A stretch of 64,000 nucleotides of DNA from Podarcis erhardii. Its lineage: Eukaryota. The notes under the pieces were generated by a model. That model worked only from the letters and a program-made list of their open reading frames with translations. It was not told the origin of the DNA and did no database searches. The stretch lies in the NCBI GenBank assembly GCA_964252035.1, contig OZ176208.1, one strand, 5' to 3'. Shown here one piece after another: positions 49,109 to 61,567 of the stretch (position 1 is its first letter; every line of letters begins with the position of its first letter). The translations under genes and the position numbers were made by a program.

Positions 49109-49392
49109 TAAATACCTAATTTACCGTTATTTCAGTGAAACTTAGCTATCTCTCCTGCAGGGATAGTCCATGAGATGCCCTCTAGATGTTTTGGACCATA
49201 TCTCCCAGCATCCCTGTTCATTGGGGCATGCTAGCTGGGGCTGGTGGGAGTGGTAGTTCAAACCTTCTGGAGGACACCACTAGCAATGGGTGAATGTGTC
49301 AAGTTTGGTTTTTCAATCTTAAATTTAGTTCTCCGTGTTTCCACATCATATAATCTGCATGAAAATTCAGCAGCCTTTTAGTGCAAATTTCT

Positions 49393-49394
<2 letters not shown>

Positions 49395-49438
<44 letters not shown>
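49395..49438. repeat. (AT)n microsatellite
   Basis: Direct reading of the sequence. Confidence 0.96.
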
Positions 49439-49444
<6 letters not shown>

Positions 49445-50620
49445 ATGATTGAGCCACATATATACCTCCCCCCCACCAGTCTCATGTATTTTCTAGGTTA
49501 TTTTCATTAATATATGCATTCTTATGCATGCTTTACCTCAGTACATGCATTTTTGTACACATTACTTGCCTGGAAAACTGCACTGCAGATGTGAAGGAAG
49601 TGTGAATTTCATAGGAAGGCTGTGCTTCCATTTGCATATTATTTTAGAAAGTACAAATCAGGTCAGTTTGCTTTAAATACAAACTGAATCAAACTTATCC
49701 CATGGCACCTCATTAGCTACCCCATTCTCCTGCTTTCTAACTTTATTTGGGCCTTTGCTTGCATCTGATTATTTAAATGCTATCATACTTTTTGTCTTCT
49801 GCTTTGCAGAGGTAGCTTGACTTCCTTCTACACCAGGTGTCACCATCCTTTCTAGGTCTATGGGCATATTTGGAATGGTTTCACAGCAATCAAGGGAAAT
49901 TTCCTTCAGTAAGGGGCTAACACTGAAGCAACAAGAACCAAGGTAAAGGTGGTCCATGGGACCTCAGTCCTATGTCTTTTGCATCCTGCCCTAGATCTCC
50001 TCCCCTCCTATTTTAAATATAATTTTAAAAGTTCTCTTAGAAGGTTGCTGGAAAGGGTGGTGAACAAATTTAGTTCAGTGTGCATTTAAAGATGACCTTA
50101 CTGAATGCACACTTTTTGAAACAACCCATGAAGAGAAACATAATGAGCATCACCCAAAATTCACACCACTCTGAATTTTGCAGGGCAGTTTTCCAGCCAA
50201 GTAATGTGTGAAAAAGAATGCAAATATTCAGGTAAAATGTGCATATAAAAGCATATATTAGTGGGAAGGTTTTCAGCAGGTGCTTTCTGTTTCAGCTTTT
50301 AAATCCCTGCTGAAAACCTTTCTATTGTGTCAGGTTTATTAAGAATACATCTTTCCATCATAGTTTGCTGATGACTGATTTGCATCATTTTATTTGGTTT
50401 TTATTGAATGGTTTTATGTATAATTGTTGTAAACCACTCTTATTTTTCTTTTTAATAAATAGTGGCATATAAATATTATATAAATACTGTAAATACATTA
50501 AATAACACAGAGAAATGCATTATATTGGGGAACTAGCTTTACAAGAATGTGTGCATTAGGCAAAATTACATACAAATGTGTAGATAAGGAGAATGCTATA
50601 CTAAAATGCTGTTGAATCAT

Positions 50621-50623
<3 letters not shown>

Positions 50624-50685
<62 letters not shown>
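50624..50685. repeat. Compound (TC)n(AC)n microsatellite
   Basis: Direct reading of the sequence. Confidence 0.96.
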
Positions 50686-50689
<4 letters not shown>

Positions 50690-51330
50690 TCTTTTTGGTA
50701 ACTTTCAATGCTCCTAAACAGTCTGGTCAGAATGAATACTGCCCATTCATATGTAGAAGCTTTTTTGAAACACACACACACACATACACACACTAAGGCA
50801 GAAAAGAACTTCAGGAGGAAGTGGTGCTTGATTACAATATGCCCTGGCATTATGGGCTGTACAATTAACATTCCAGAGAAGATAATTGTAGACTTAAGTG
50901 ACATCCTTTCTCTATAGCAGAAACAGAGTGAGGGTAAGAATTGCTTGAAGGCCAGATTATTTAGAAGATTATTCCCTGCAAGTTCATATGACTTTTCCTG
51001 ACCCCCTGGCCCATCAACCACCCCACAAATAGCTAACAACAGACATTTAGAAAATCCTGAACTGGTCTGATTTGTTTATTCCAGTTTTCAGTGCCTGTTC
51101 TTTTAAAATTAAGCATCTACAATGAACATCACATTATTGGAAAAAAGCATTACAGAATGTCCATCCATTTGGATATCAAAACATTTTGAGGAAGAACCAC
51201 TGATTATATTTGGAATTTTAAAAAAAGAAATAGGTTCCAAATTTCTTTTTTTTTTCTCTGTTTGTACGTAAACCTGCTTTTATTCTGAACAATGAAAGTT
51301 TTAGAGTGCATGGTTCATCCTGCCTCTATT

Positions 51331-51896
51331 GTTGTTTTTTTTTATTAAAATTTTTATTATATTTTCAATTTACAGAAAAGAGAAGAAGAATAAAGAAGCG
51401 AGAAAAAAAAGAAAAAAAGAAAGAAAAATAATCCAACTTTCAGAGTACATTTTTAAGTTATTAACTGAACTTCCCCACATCTCCCTCACCCTGCGTTCTT
51501 TACAATAAAACATATCAGCAAATTATTACCTTGTTTCGTGTCTTTTTTACATCTTTCAGAATATTTTAGTTCTAGATTTAAAGTACCTTTTGTCAAGTAT
51601 TTATACCTTAAAATAATAGATATAACAGCTTTAAATTTCAACTTTTCTTACTTATAACGTAGCTTCCTGTTTTCTCAATCTAGTTGCAGGAGCTAAATTT
51701 TCCAAATCATGCAGATTCTTAACATTCATACAACTTATAATGTTTTTGTAAATAGTCCTTAAATTTTTTCCAGTCTTCTTCCATTGTCTCTTCTCCCAAA
51801 TCTCGGATTCTGCCAGTCATTTCAGCCAGTTCCATATAGTCCATCAACTGCGTCTGCCACTCTTCCAGCGTGGGAAGATCTTGTGTCTTCCAATAT
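51331..51896 (-). mobile_element. L1 LINE 3' fragment (ORF2 C-terminus, 3' UTR, A tail)
   Basis: The minus strand encodes YWKTQDLPTLEEWQTQLMDYMELAEMTGRIRDLGEETMEEDWKKFKDYLQKHYKLYEC*, followed by an AT-rich UTR, AATAAA and an A run. Confidence 0.85.
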
Positions 51897-53134
51897 CAAA
51901 TTTCTAGTCTTTTCTCCACTTGGTTCACCCCTCAGATATTAGATTAAATGTGCCCATGGTTGAAGGCATACTGTATCTTCGTATAATGCATTCCATTTCA
52001 CAAATTATTTTTGCAACCAGCAATATACAACCATGCAGCAACCTGCTGCTAAAGATGACTGCCCACCAACAGACCATTAGCTATTCCGCCTTGTGTTCTA
52101 CAGTAAAACATGCTGTGTAGGCGTGATTGCATTGGACGTTATTGGTATATTTGAATGCGAACTACCAAACCATGAAAAATGAGGCATCCATTGGCTATAA
52201 AAATAAATTAGAAGGCCCTGCTTTGCTGGCAAAGCCATTTGAGATCCACAGTTTATAACTATTCATGGTATCATTAACAGATGTCTTTGCTTGTACTGTG
52301 AGGTGTCTTACGATATTGCTGCATCCTACAGTACTTTATATCGAAAATGAATGCAAGCAACTTTGTTTTAGAATATAATAAAATCTGGCCTGATATAGAG
52401 ACCCTATGGGAAATTATACAATAATGTTACCTACATAACTAATTTTCTTCTTATGAAATCATGATTCCCTCTACACTTTTAGAGCTATTCAAAGTATTGT
52501 TTAACATCACCATTTCCATGTTAATATCTCAATAAATCACAGAAATATAATACTTTATGTGAAAAGTGAGACATACCAAGGGAATCATAAGTTTTCTTTT
52601 CTAAATTAAAGTGGAATAAAATGAATGCTGAATGTACTCATGATATTCACTGGCACATAGAAGTTGTACTTCTTTGAGAGCTGAGCTGTAAGCTGCAGTC
52701 AAAAGAAATGTAGCTTTATTACTAGGTATCATGCTACCAGGAATAGAGTAGGTTTCTATTATACTCTAAGGGACAGGCAGAGCACAACTCTCCTTTAATG
52801 ACTATTCAGCCGTTGGGGGGGGGGTGATTCTTGAGCAATCTCTTCAAGAATCCTATAGTCTTCTAAGGTCCCAGTCATTTGAGATATAGAACTCTTGAAT
52901 TATACTATCACGCAAAGAGCATCTTCTAAGAACAAACATTGTCCTAGGAATAAACCTGGTTTCAATTTTCTCTGGGTTTTTATTTTTAATAGATGAAAAA
53001 TATCACTGAAATGAAAACCATTTTAAGTCGTGTTATATTATTATCCTCAATAAATATGGCTTTTTAAATGTGTTTATGGGAGGGTTTTTTGTTTTTGTTT
53101 TCTTATTATGTATTTTGTGTTCTCATTTTGTATT

Positions 53135-53266
53135 TTTATATTGTAAACCACCCTGTGATCTTTGGATGAAGGGCAGTATACAAATTTAAATAAATAAATA
53201 GATTTATATGTTGTGAACCATCCTGTAATCATCAGATGAAGGGCAGTAAGTAAGTAAGTAAGTAAA
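53135..53266 (+). mobile_element. Two tandem L2-like 3' tails
   Basis: TTGT(A/G)AACCA(C/T)CCTGT(G/A)ATC..GATGAAGGGCAGTA occurs twice about 70 bp apart, ending in (TAAA)n and (GTAA)n respectively. Confidence 0.6.
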
Positions 53267-53720
53267 TAGCCTCCACAGTTAATGTGTCAGAGTAAAAGTC
53301 AGCTTTTTTTCAGGGAATGCTGTAAATGAAATATCAACTCAATGTAAAGGGCAAGGGGCAATCTGTAAGATGTTACTGTATATTGTAGGTGCTCCAAAGA
53401 AATTGGCTAAATTTGATAAAACAATCTCAACCCTTTAGGGTTGTCAAATTTGCCACACCCTAGCCCCCTAAGAAGAGCTCCAGTGGTTTGACTCAGGGGT
53501 GGAAGGTGGTAAACACACGAGGATTGATCGACCAATCAGGATGGGGCAGGAAGTACGCTTTATAAGCTGGCTCCATTCCAAACTCTCTGTTCAGTTTCAG
53601 AGTGATAACCTACTTCCCGGAGATCCCATTCTCTATAACAGTAGGACAACTATCATCCTGGGAGTGGGACACAGCTATAAGGGCCTCAAAGACCTAATCC
53701 ACCAAGCTCTCTGCCTCTCT

Positions 53721-54057
53721 TAGACCTCCAAGCCAGACTTAAAACTTGGATGATGCCTTCCTAGAGCAGATTACTAAATATTCAAAAAGGAAAAATATAG
53801 TAGTCTTGGGAGACTTCAACTACCCAAATATCCATTGGAATTAAAACTCTGCCAAGAATGTAAGGCCCAACATATTCCTCCCTTGCCTCGCTGACAATTT
53901 CATTTCCCAGAAGGTGGAAGAAGCAACAAGGGGATCATTTATCTTGGATCTGGTTCTCACCGACAGGGAGTAAATTATCAATGAAGTGGAAATACTGGGA
54001 ACCATCAAAGGAAGAGATCCTGTCCTCTTGAGTTTAATGATACAGAGGCAAGGGAAA
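53721..54057 (+). mobile_element. Degraded CR1 ORF2 endonuclease fragment
   Basis: Aligns by eye to ~18535-18870 (LDDAFLEQ..IVVLGDFNYP..LADNFISQKVEEATRG..ILDLVLT) and contains in-frame stops. Confidence 0.85.
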
Positions 54058-54322
54058 GATTCACTGAGTTTAATGGAATTTACTCCAATGTTTAGAATAG
54101 TCGCAACTTAAGGAGCATGTGCCATTAAACTCAGGTTTACTTTTGAGTAGACATGTATATTTTTGCACTGTGACAAGATGACCAGATTTTGACTTCCCTA
54201 TGAACTTATGCATCTGAAATACTCAACTTTACTAAAACAACTGGAGGTCCACAGACAGCTCATCACACACAAGTAAGCAAAGGTGCTGCAAATGTCTTCC
54301 TTGTCTTCCTCTTCACCTCTCT

Positions 54323-54490
54323 CTCTCTTTTTTTTTTTTAAAAAAATATTTATTAAAATTTTTCAATACAAGTGTAAAAATAATAAACAATATAACATGT
54401 ATCCTAACATAGTTTCATAACTTCTTTGGACTCCCTCGCGTCTCTCGCTCCCACTTACATCATTGTAAATTTTTACCAGCAATTTATCAT
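54323..54490 (-). mobile_element. Short L1-like 3' UTR/poly(A) insertion
   Basis: T run plus AAAAAATATTTATTAAAATTTT similar to the 51331 copy, with a 14-bp TSD CTCTTCACCTCTCT (54309-54322 / 54491-54504). Confidence 0.6.
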
Positions 54491-54669
54491 CTCTTCACCT
54501 CTCTTGTGACATCCAAATACCATTGTCTTGTCAGAACTGTCTTGGTCTGACAGCCTTTTCACCCAACAGTGGTGGGCAGTGTCTCCCACACAGTCACTCA
54601 TTCCCCTACACAAGCATGCTCTCTATTAGCAAGACTTGTAGATTTACTGCAGCATAAGCTTCAAGTCAA

Positions 54670-55005
54670 GGGATGCTGTTGGCGCTGTGGTCTAAACCAC
54701 AGAGTCTAGGGCTTGCCAATCAGAAGGTCGGCAGTTCAAATCCCCATGACGGGGTGAACTCCCGTTGCTCGGTCCCTGCCTAGCAGTTTGAAAGCACGAA
54801 GTGCAAGTAGATAAATAGGTACCGATCTGGCGGGAAGGTAAACGGTGTTTCTGTGCACTGCTCTGGTTCACCAGAAGTGGCTTAGTCATGCAGGCCACAT
54901 GACCCGGAAGCTGTACGCCGGCTCCCTCAGCCAGTAAAGCGAGATGAGCAACCCCAGAGTCATCCGCGACTGGACCTAACAGTCAGGGGTCCCTTTACCT
55001 TTACC
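54670..55005 (+). mobile_element. Sauria SINE, complete (shorter internal variant)
   Basis: Head, body and (ACCTTT)n tail are present, with a perfect 14-bp TSD TAAGCTTCAAGTCA (54655-54668 / 55006-55019). Confidence 0.92.
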
Positions 55006-56230
55006 TAAGCTTCAAGTCAGATAATGTGGACAAAAGTTTACCTCACAGTAAATCCTTAAGACTTTAAGTTGCCACAAGATGTTTTGTTGCATTTGGAAAA
55101 ATTCCACCCTGTGGTATCCTTTCGCTGAAAGACCATGATGCTACGGCAAGGTCATGGGAAGGAGACATATCTTCTTCCGTGCTCCCTATCCATGAAAAAT
55201 CTCTTGTTTGTGGCTTGTCTCATTGATAAAAGGGGTTGTTCAATATTTTCCAGGAAAGAAAGCACCATTTTCATTAAGACATTAATAGGCCTGGGGAGGG
55301 GGGTAAAATCCAGCACTTTGCCTAATGGAACATGAGCACTGCATATGGACTCTGTGTTTGCTGTGTCTTGCATGTCATATTTTTCTCAATGTACTTTTAA
55401 GAGCTATTATTTTCCTCGCTATTCTGTCACTACAACAGCTTTCCTGTGACTTAAAAGAGATGTATTATTTATGCCTCATGTATCTTCAGCGGCAATGACA
55501 ACTAGACCATGTACATTTTGGCTCCCAGACTTTCCCTGGCAAGTGAAGATAAATTTGTGAACCTGCATGAACACACCAGGCTTCCATGAAATTTATAGAA
55601 ATTAATAGGAACCGCCACAAAACATTTGGAAACAGCTTTTCTATTCTAAGAACTGAAAATTAATTCTGTTCTACAGCCTGAAAATTAAAGCAGCATATTT
55701 CTCCATCTGGATTTGAAAATAAGAATTTTGAATAATAGCTTGTTGGGTTCCTTCTTCTGACAGAAGGAAATGTAATTATTCACAGATATATAGGGGTTGT
55801 ATCAAACGGTGGCTTTTTGCAGAAAGCCCTTCCTTCATCCAAGGTTTCTAGTGCAAAGCTGCCATTAGGTACAAATCAGTCCTTCTTATTCAGGTCATGG
55901 AAGTACATTAGGTGTCACAAGGAAGTAAACAAGCAGATATATCCCAGTAGCTGACAATGCTTATACCGGATGGTTAATCTATAAAGTTACTTCAAGTCTT
56001 TGTTCCAACACTATCCAAAAGTGGAAATTGGGTTGAGAACCTGGGGACCCTAGCCCAATAGCCAGAGATGATGGGAATTGCAGTTCAGAAATATTTGGAG
56101 GGCCACAGGTAGCCTATCCTTCATGTAAATGAGCACAATAATCAGTTTTTTGCTACAGAAACATTTAATTAGCTGTAACACATCATGCACTTTTGTAGTT
56201 GTCTAACAGCCCAATGATGCCTGCATAATT

Positions 56231-56494
56231 GAAGAAGAAGAAGAAAAAGAAGAAGAGTCTGCATTTGATATCCCACCTTTCACTCCCCTTCAGGAGTCTC
56301 AAAGCGGCTAACATTCTCCTTTCCCTTCCTCCCCCACAACAAACACTCTCTGGGGGATGAGTGGGGCTGAGAGACTTCAAAGAAGTGTGACTGGCCCAAG
56401 GTCACCCAGCAGCTGCATGTGGAGGAGCGGAGACGCGAACCCGGTTCCCCAGATTACGAGACTACCGCTCTTAACCACTACACCACACTGGCTC
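56231..56494 (-). mobile_element. Squam3 SINE, well preserved, with (CTT)n tail
   Basis: Homologous to 34406-34682, with CpGs retained (GGAGCGGAGACGCGAACCCGG). Confidence 0.85.
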
Positions 56495-59400
56495 TGTGCT
56501 AAAGACAACCAGTTCTTCAGGGATCCTTCCTATGTAAGGGCTACTCACATAAATCAAGAAAGTCTCAGAGGGGAAGAATGATGTCCAATGTTCCTGCGCT
56601 CACAATGCTGAGGAAGGAACAGATAAGGAGTGGGTTCAGTATTTCTGTCCATTACTGTGTGTTGATCCATGCATTTCAAACTGAGGAACATGGGAAGTTG
56701 CCTTACCCAGGGACTGAACCTTAGACCTTCTTCATGCCAAGCAGATGCTCTGACCTTTGAGTAGAGATGTTGCAGAATTGAATCAAAAATTGAAAAAGGA
56801 GCAGGAATCACCACAATTTGCACGTTCAGAGATCAGGAATGGAAATCATGCAAGCGAATACAAGAGGTATTTGCTAGTGGGTTTTTTTGGGGTTTTTTTT
56901 TTTTTTTTGAGTCTGTAAATGTTATGCAAATAATTACATTACTTTTCTCATTGTTTTTGATTATTCCCTTCCATTGAAATGCATAGAAATTGGTCACATC
57001 AGAAAGAAGCATGATGCTTGGCAATCCTACAAGGTCTTTTTTTTAAAAAAAAAATGTCATTGAACCAACGTCTATCTACCCATGGGAAAGTGGCAACAGT
57101 ACCATACTAGTAGGAGATGAAATGACATTTTGTTTCCCAGAAAAAGTACACTGCACAGTTCTACTTAAACCACACAGCTTGTGCTTGCTTAACAACCTAT
57201 TTCTCTCCCATTATATAAAAATTGTCATGCATGCATGTATGCATACGAAGTCCAAAACATGTGCAGCTTGGCTCAAGTTTAAAACCTAATAAGCAAAGAC
57301 AATTATAAAGAGTTAGGTTGCCCTTTTTAAGAACAGCTAAGAAATTTATCATTTTGTTTACACCTTTTAGCCTATACCAACACTAGGCTTGCATAGAGGT
57401 TTTTTTTTTATTAATTCCTCCTGGAAATTCTCACAGACTACAAATTCTAAAAAGATGGCATATTAATGCTGATGTATTTCAGAAACATGGTGTGCAAGTG
57501 TAATAATGTCATTGCAGCAGCCTAATTGGGATCTAATAAAAAGATGCCATTGCAGCTCCACTGATACTCATTTTTCTCATGCTGGCATAAAACCCCAACA
57601 GATTCTTTTTAAGTGCAAGCTCCATGTTGAGAAAATGAAAAACTACCTGGGGGGAAAAGTGAAAAGGAAACCTAGCAGGTCAGATAATGTCTATGGTCTC
57701 ATGCAGTGAAGGATGGTCTATTGGGATAAATGGGAAACTGCCCCACTAACCACAGCCAAAGGATGGATTGGGAAGAGTGGTTTGGACTGGGGAGAATTCC
57801 AGGGGCAAACAGAAAAGTCTAGAGTGCTGCATTAGGCTCCTGGGCCTGAGATTTCCTACCCCAGCATTAGATGATACTGTTACAGCAGTTAAATTAGTCA
57901 TCTAAAAACAAAGCGAGCAGCCTTCCACTTGAAAGCTATTGCGCTGAACTGAGACCTGCCTGAGGAAATGAGGTGGATCAGGAAAAGGTCCAAGGTGTGG
58001 AAGGAGGAGGTAAATTTTCACTAGTTTCTCCATCACCCTCTAGCCGCCAATCTATACAGTTTTGGAGGGATCACCAACCCACCCAGAACACATTTGGGAG
58101 CACAGGGGGCTGCAAGTGGGAGGAAAGGGGAATAGGGTTACAATTCCCTCCCCATCTGTGGGAGCATCCAGTTCATGGAGTTTTGTTCTGTGCAGCTCTC
58201 AGTCCAAGCCATTGTTTTTCCTTATATCCATATGTATGCACATTTAGGCTGCAGTCTTGTACAAATTTATCTGGCAATAAGTCCTGTTGAATGCATTGGG
58301 GCTAACTTCTGAGTCAACATACATAGGATTGCACAATTGATTGCTTAAATGATGAATCAATTAAAATTCATGTAATTATTCCACTATGAGCTTACACTTC
58401 CCTGGAAATAAACACAGTTGGGGTTGCGTGTGTAGCTATGAACAGTAGGAAGACACCAGCAAATTTGACAAAATTTTAGGGTAGCTTTGATATTAAGCAC
58501 CAGGCCTAGGCATTTAGACTTGTTACTGAAAATATACTAAAATCCACCTTCCCTGAAGTGTTTCCATAAAGCATTTTTAAAAGGCAACTGAAAGGAAATA
58601 ACTTTAGTAATTATGAAGTACCTGTTTTCAGAAATGTTATTGTTTACTGCGTCAAAATGCCAGTCTTTATATATTCATTTGGAAATGATTAAATTACTCC
58701 TTTGCCCATTATCTCAGTTAGCTTTCATATGATGAGTTGTGGAATTATTACATCTCAGATTTAATGAGCTCATTTTCTATGATAGCATAGATTATCAGGT
58801 TCCCAGTCTCATCAAACAGCACAACCCATTCAACATTCTACAGATCAAACAGAACTCCATTGTATAAGACGGAGAATGAAAAATATACTTGGAAACACGC
58901 TAACAGATGCACTTCTTTGCATTTTAAAAATTTCATGTTTTTGATCTAAATTCAGTTTTCCATTTTATGAAGATAAATCGCCAGTTAGAAAATGAGCTCG
59001 AGTAAGATTTTCCAGAATAGGGGGGATTCAGCAGCACCACTGCCATGGCTTCCCCTTTGGAAAGAAATAGGGGGCAGAGATACAGTGGGGATAACCTAGA
59101 AGTGATCCGAACTACGGTAGAATTTAGAAGATAGAACATGGGCATTGGCATGGATTTTCACATAAAATGAAAAATAAGGCAGATTTAAAGGATTCTATGG
59201 TGTGGGTGAAATGTTTGGAGGATATTTAAGAGAAATAAAAAGATGCATAGCAGAGTATGGTTTACACTTAAAAAGCAAAAAACCCCTTCACCTTAATTTA
59301 CAAAATATGTGAAAGATCTTATCCAAAGGAAGGCATTTGAGTATGAATTTTTACAGATATACATGTTTGTATGCAAATTTGCCTAACATACACATTTCTT

Positions 59401-60389
59401 GCAAAGCAATTTCCTCTAATATAATTAATTTTTTGTATGTTCTTTTCATTAATATATGCATTTGTCTACACACTTATCCTAGTGTATATATTTTTGTAAA
59501 CATTACTTGACTGAAAAACTGCACTGCAAAATTTGGATAAGTGGGAATTTTGAAGGACGGGTGTGTTTTTATTTCCATCTTTTCCCCAAATGTCCAAATT
59601 AGGTAAGATTGCCTTTAAAGACGAGTTGAATTGAATTTCTGTGAGCAATATGTACCTGGCTGAAGGTGTGAATGTCTTGGGGATGTTGTCCTCAGATGTG
59701 TTGTGCCAAGATTCAAGAAAAAAACAAAGCAGCGGAAAAAATTGTTATACTGTAAAAGTTTATCCCAATTGTCAAGGAAGGCAATGCCAAACAGCAAGAG
59801 GAGAAACACTGTATGGGGTGGGGGTGGGGAAGCATGCCAGTTTAATTTTATTGGACTTCTTATATGAGTCAGGTTTTTCATCTTTACTACTATTGTATAA
59901 AATAGAGTAGCTAGATGCTCTGTCATGTTCTCAGAGATTGCTTTTAAACATCTCTTGGCAGCCATCCATGTGCAAAATCAGTATTACAAGAAATGAAGCA
60001 CCAAGTTACCCCCTCATAAAAATTTAGCAATGCCCCCAGGGAGGCGTTGATGTTATGTGATACACACTTGAAGAACAAACCTGTGTTTTCTCTAGTCACA
60101 TTAGCCCCAGTTTGAAGTGCAGCAAGATTGCAGTTGCAAGATTGTTAGATTCCCAGTGACTCTTTAGTTACACTTGATATGAGAAGCATAAGTCTTTTTC
60201 CAACATTGCATTCCTGAACTTGCATCTCCTGAGTTAGTTGAGGACGTTGGGCAGTATTCATCACACTGGGGGGAAATAGACATCAATCTGAAATACAGAT
60301 CTGGATGAGTTCCTAAGTGAGAGCAGAAAGTCTGCCTATTTTGGACCTCCATCTGGTCTTCCGAATAGGACAAAAGCCCTGTTCTAGCA

Positions 60390-60522
60390 TAAGGTTACCA
60401 GATGTCCCCATTTCCCGGGGACAGTCACTGGATTTACAAATCAGTCCCCTTACAAAATCCTATCATCCCTACTGAAGTTGAAAAGTGTCCCCAGATTCAT
60501 TGAAAAAAATCTGGTAACCTTA
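60390..60522. mobile_element. hAT (Blackjack-like) MITE, 133 bp
   Basis: Perfect 14-bp TIR TAAGGTTACCAGAT / ATCTGGTAACCTTA and perfect 8-bp TSD TTCTAGCA (60382-60389 / 60523-60530). Confidence 0.9.
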
Positions 60523-61494
60523 TTCTAGCATACAAAAGAAGGCAAGAGGGTACAGAGTGGGTGCAGGATTCCTTATTGTGCTGAGGCTTCTGAGTGCATT
60601 CCTCGGAATATGTTTGCAAGCCCCCCTTCAATGTTCTCACTCAATGCAGAAAGGTCATAGGTAAAGTGGGAAAGGATGAGGGCACTGGGGCAGGGACACA
60701 TCCATGCACATCCCTTGCTTCCTCCACACCATTCTCATCATATATCTGTAAATCAAATGGAGAACCCCTGCCGCTGGCCCTTGGGCCAGCATAACAGGCC
60801 CCACAGTTCAGTTCACACATCCTTTGAACGTCTGAACAGGATTAAATGTTTGCCTGGTTTTCACTCAGTTCTGTACTTCTGTAGAGGAACACAGTGCTGG
60901 AACCTTTAACCCCTTGCACAGAGTCAAGGCAACAAGCAAATAGTTGCAAAGGCAGAGAATAAATGAAGGCACACTGAAAGAACTCGGGATTCCCAAGTGC
61001 ACAATGCAAAATTTCTCACTTCACTGAGTTTAATTAGAAATATTATTTTTCCTTATGCAGTTTAGTATAGTTTCAGATTCTAGTCTTCCTTAGATTTTAT
61101 GTCTTTTCTGCACCTTTTAAATACCCAAGGGAAGCATATGGTTTGCAATTCCTAATGTCTAATTGGAAAATATCCGTTATGAGAGCACACTGCGTGACTA
61201 GCATATGATAATCTATTTTATTTGTGAAATTAGAAGACCCTAAAAAGTCAACAGATGGCAGCAGATATTCTTTGAAAAAAGAACAGTTAATCTCTCTCTC
61301 TCTTTCTCTTTCCATTTTAATGTTGCATTGGTGTTTCATTCTTCCTTCAAAGAGCATTTTGCCTTACTGCAATGCCGCAAAGTAGGTTAGGCTGAGAGAC
61401 AGTGATTTTCACAAAGCAACCCTTAGCTTCAGAGCTGAAGAATAATTTGAACCTGGGGTTACTTTGTACAACACACTAGCACTGAACCATAGTG

Positions 61495-61567
61495 GCTCTA
61501 TACAGCTCTATACAGTTACAGTAACTGTATACAGATCTATACAGATAACTCTATACGGTTATCTGTA
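61495..61567. repeat. Low-complexity CTATACAG-module cluster with two perfect inverted repeats
   Basis: TATACAGTTAC-A-GTAACTGTATA (11-bp stem) and TACAGATAAC-TCTATACG-GTTATCTGTA (10-bp stem). Confidence 0.8.
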
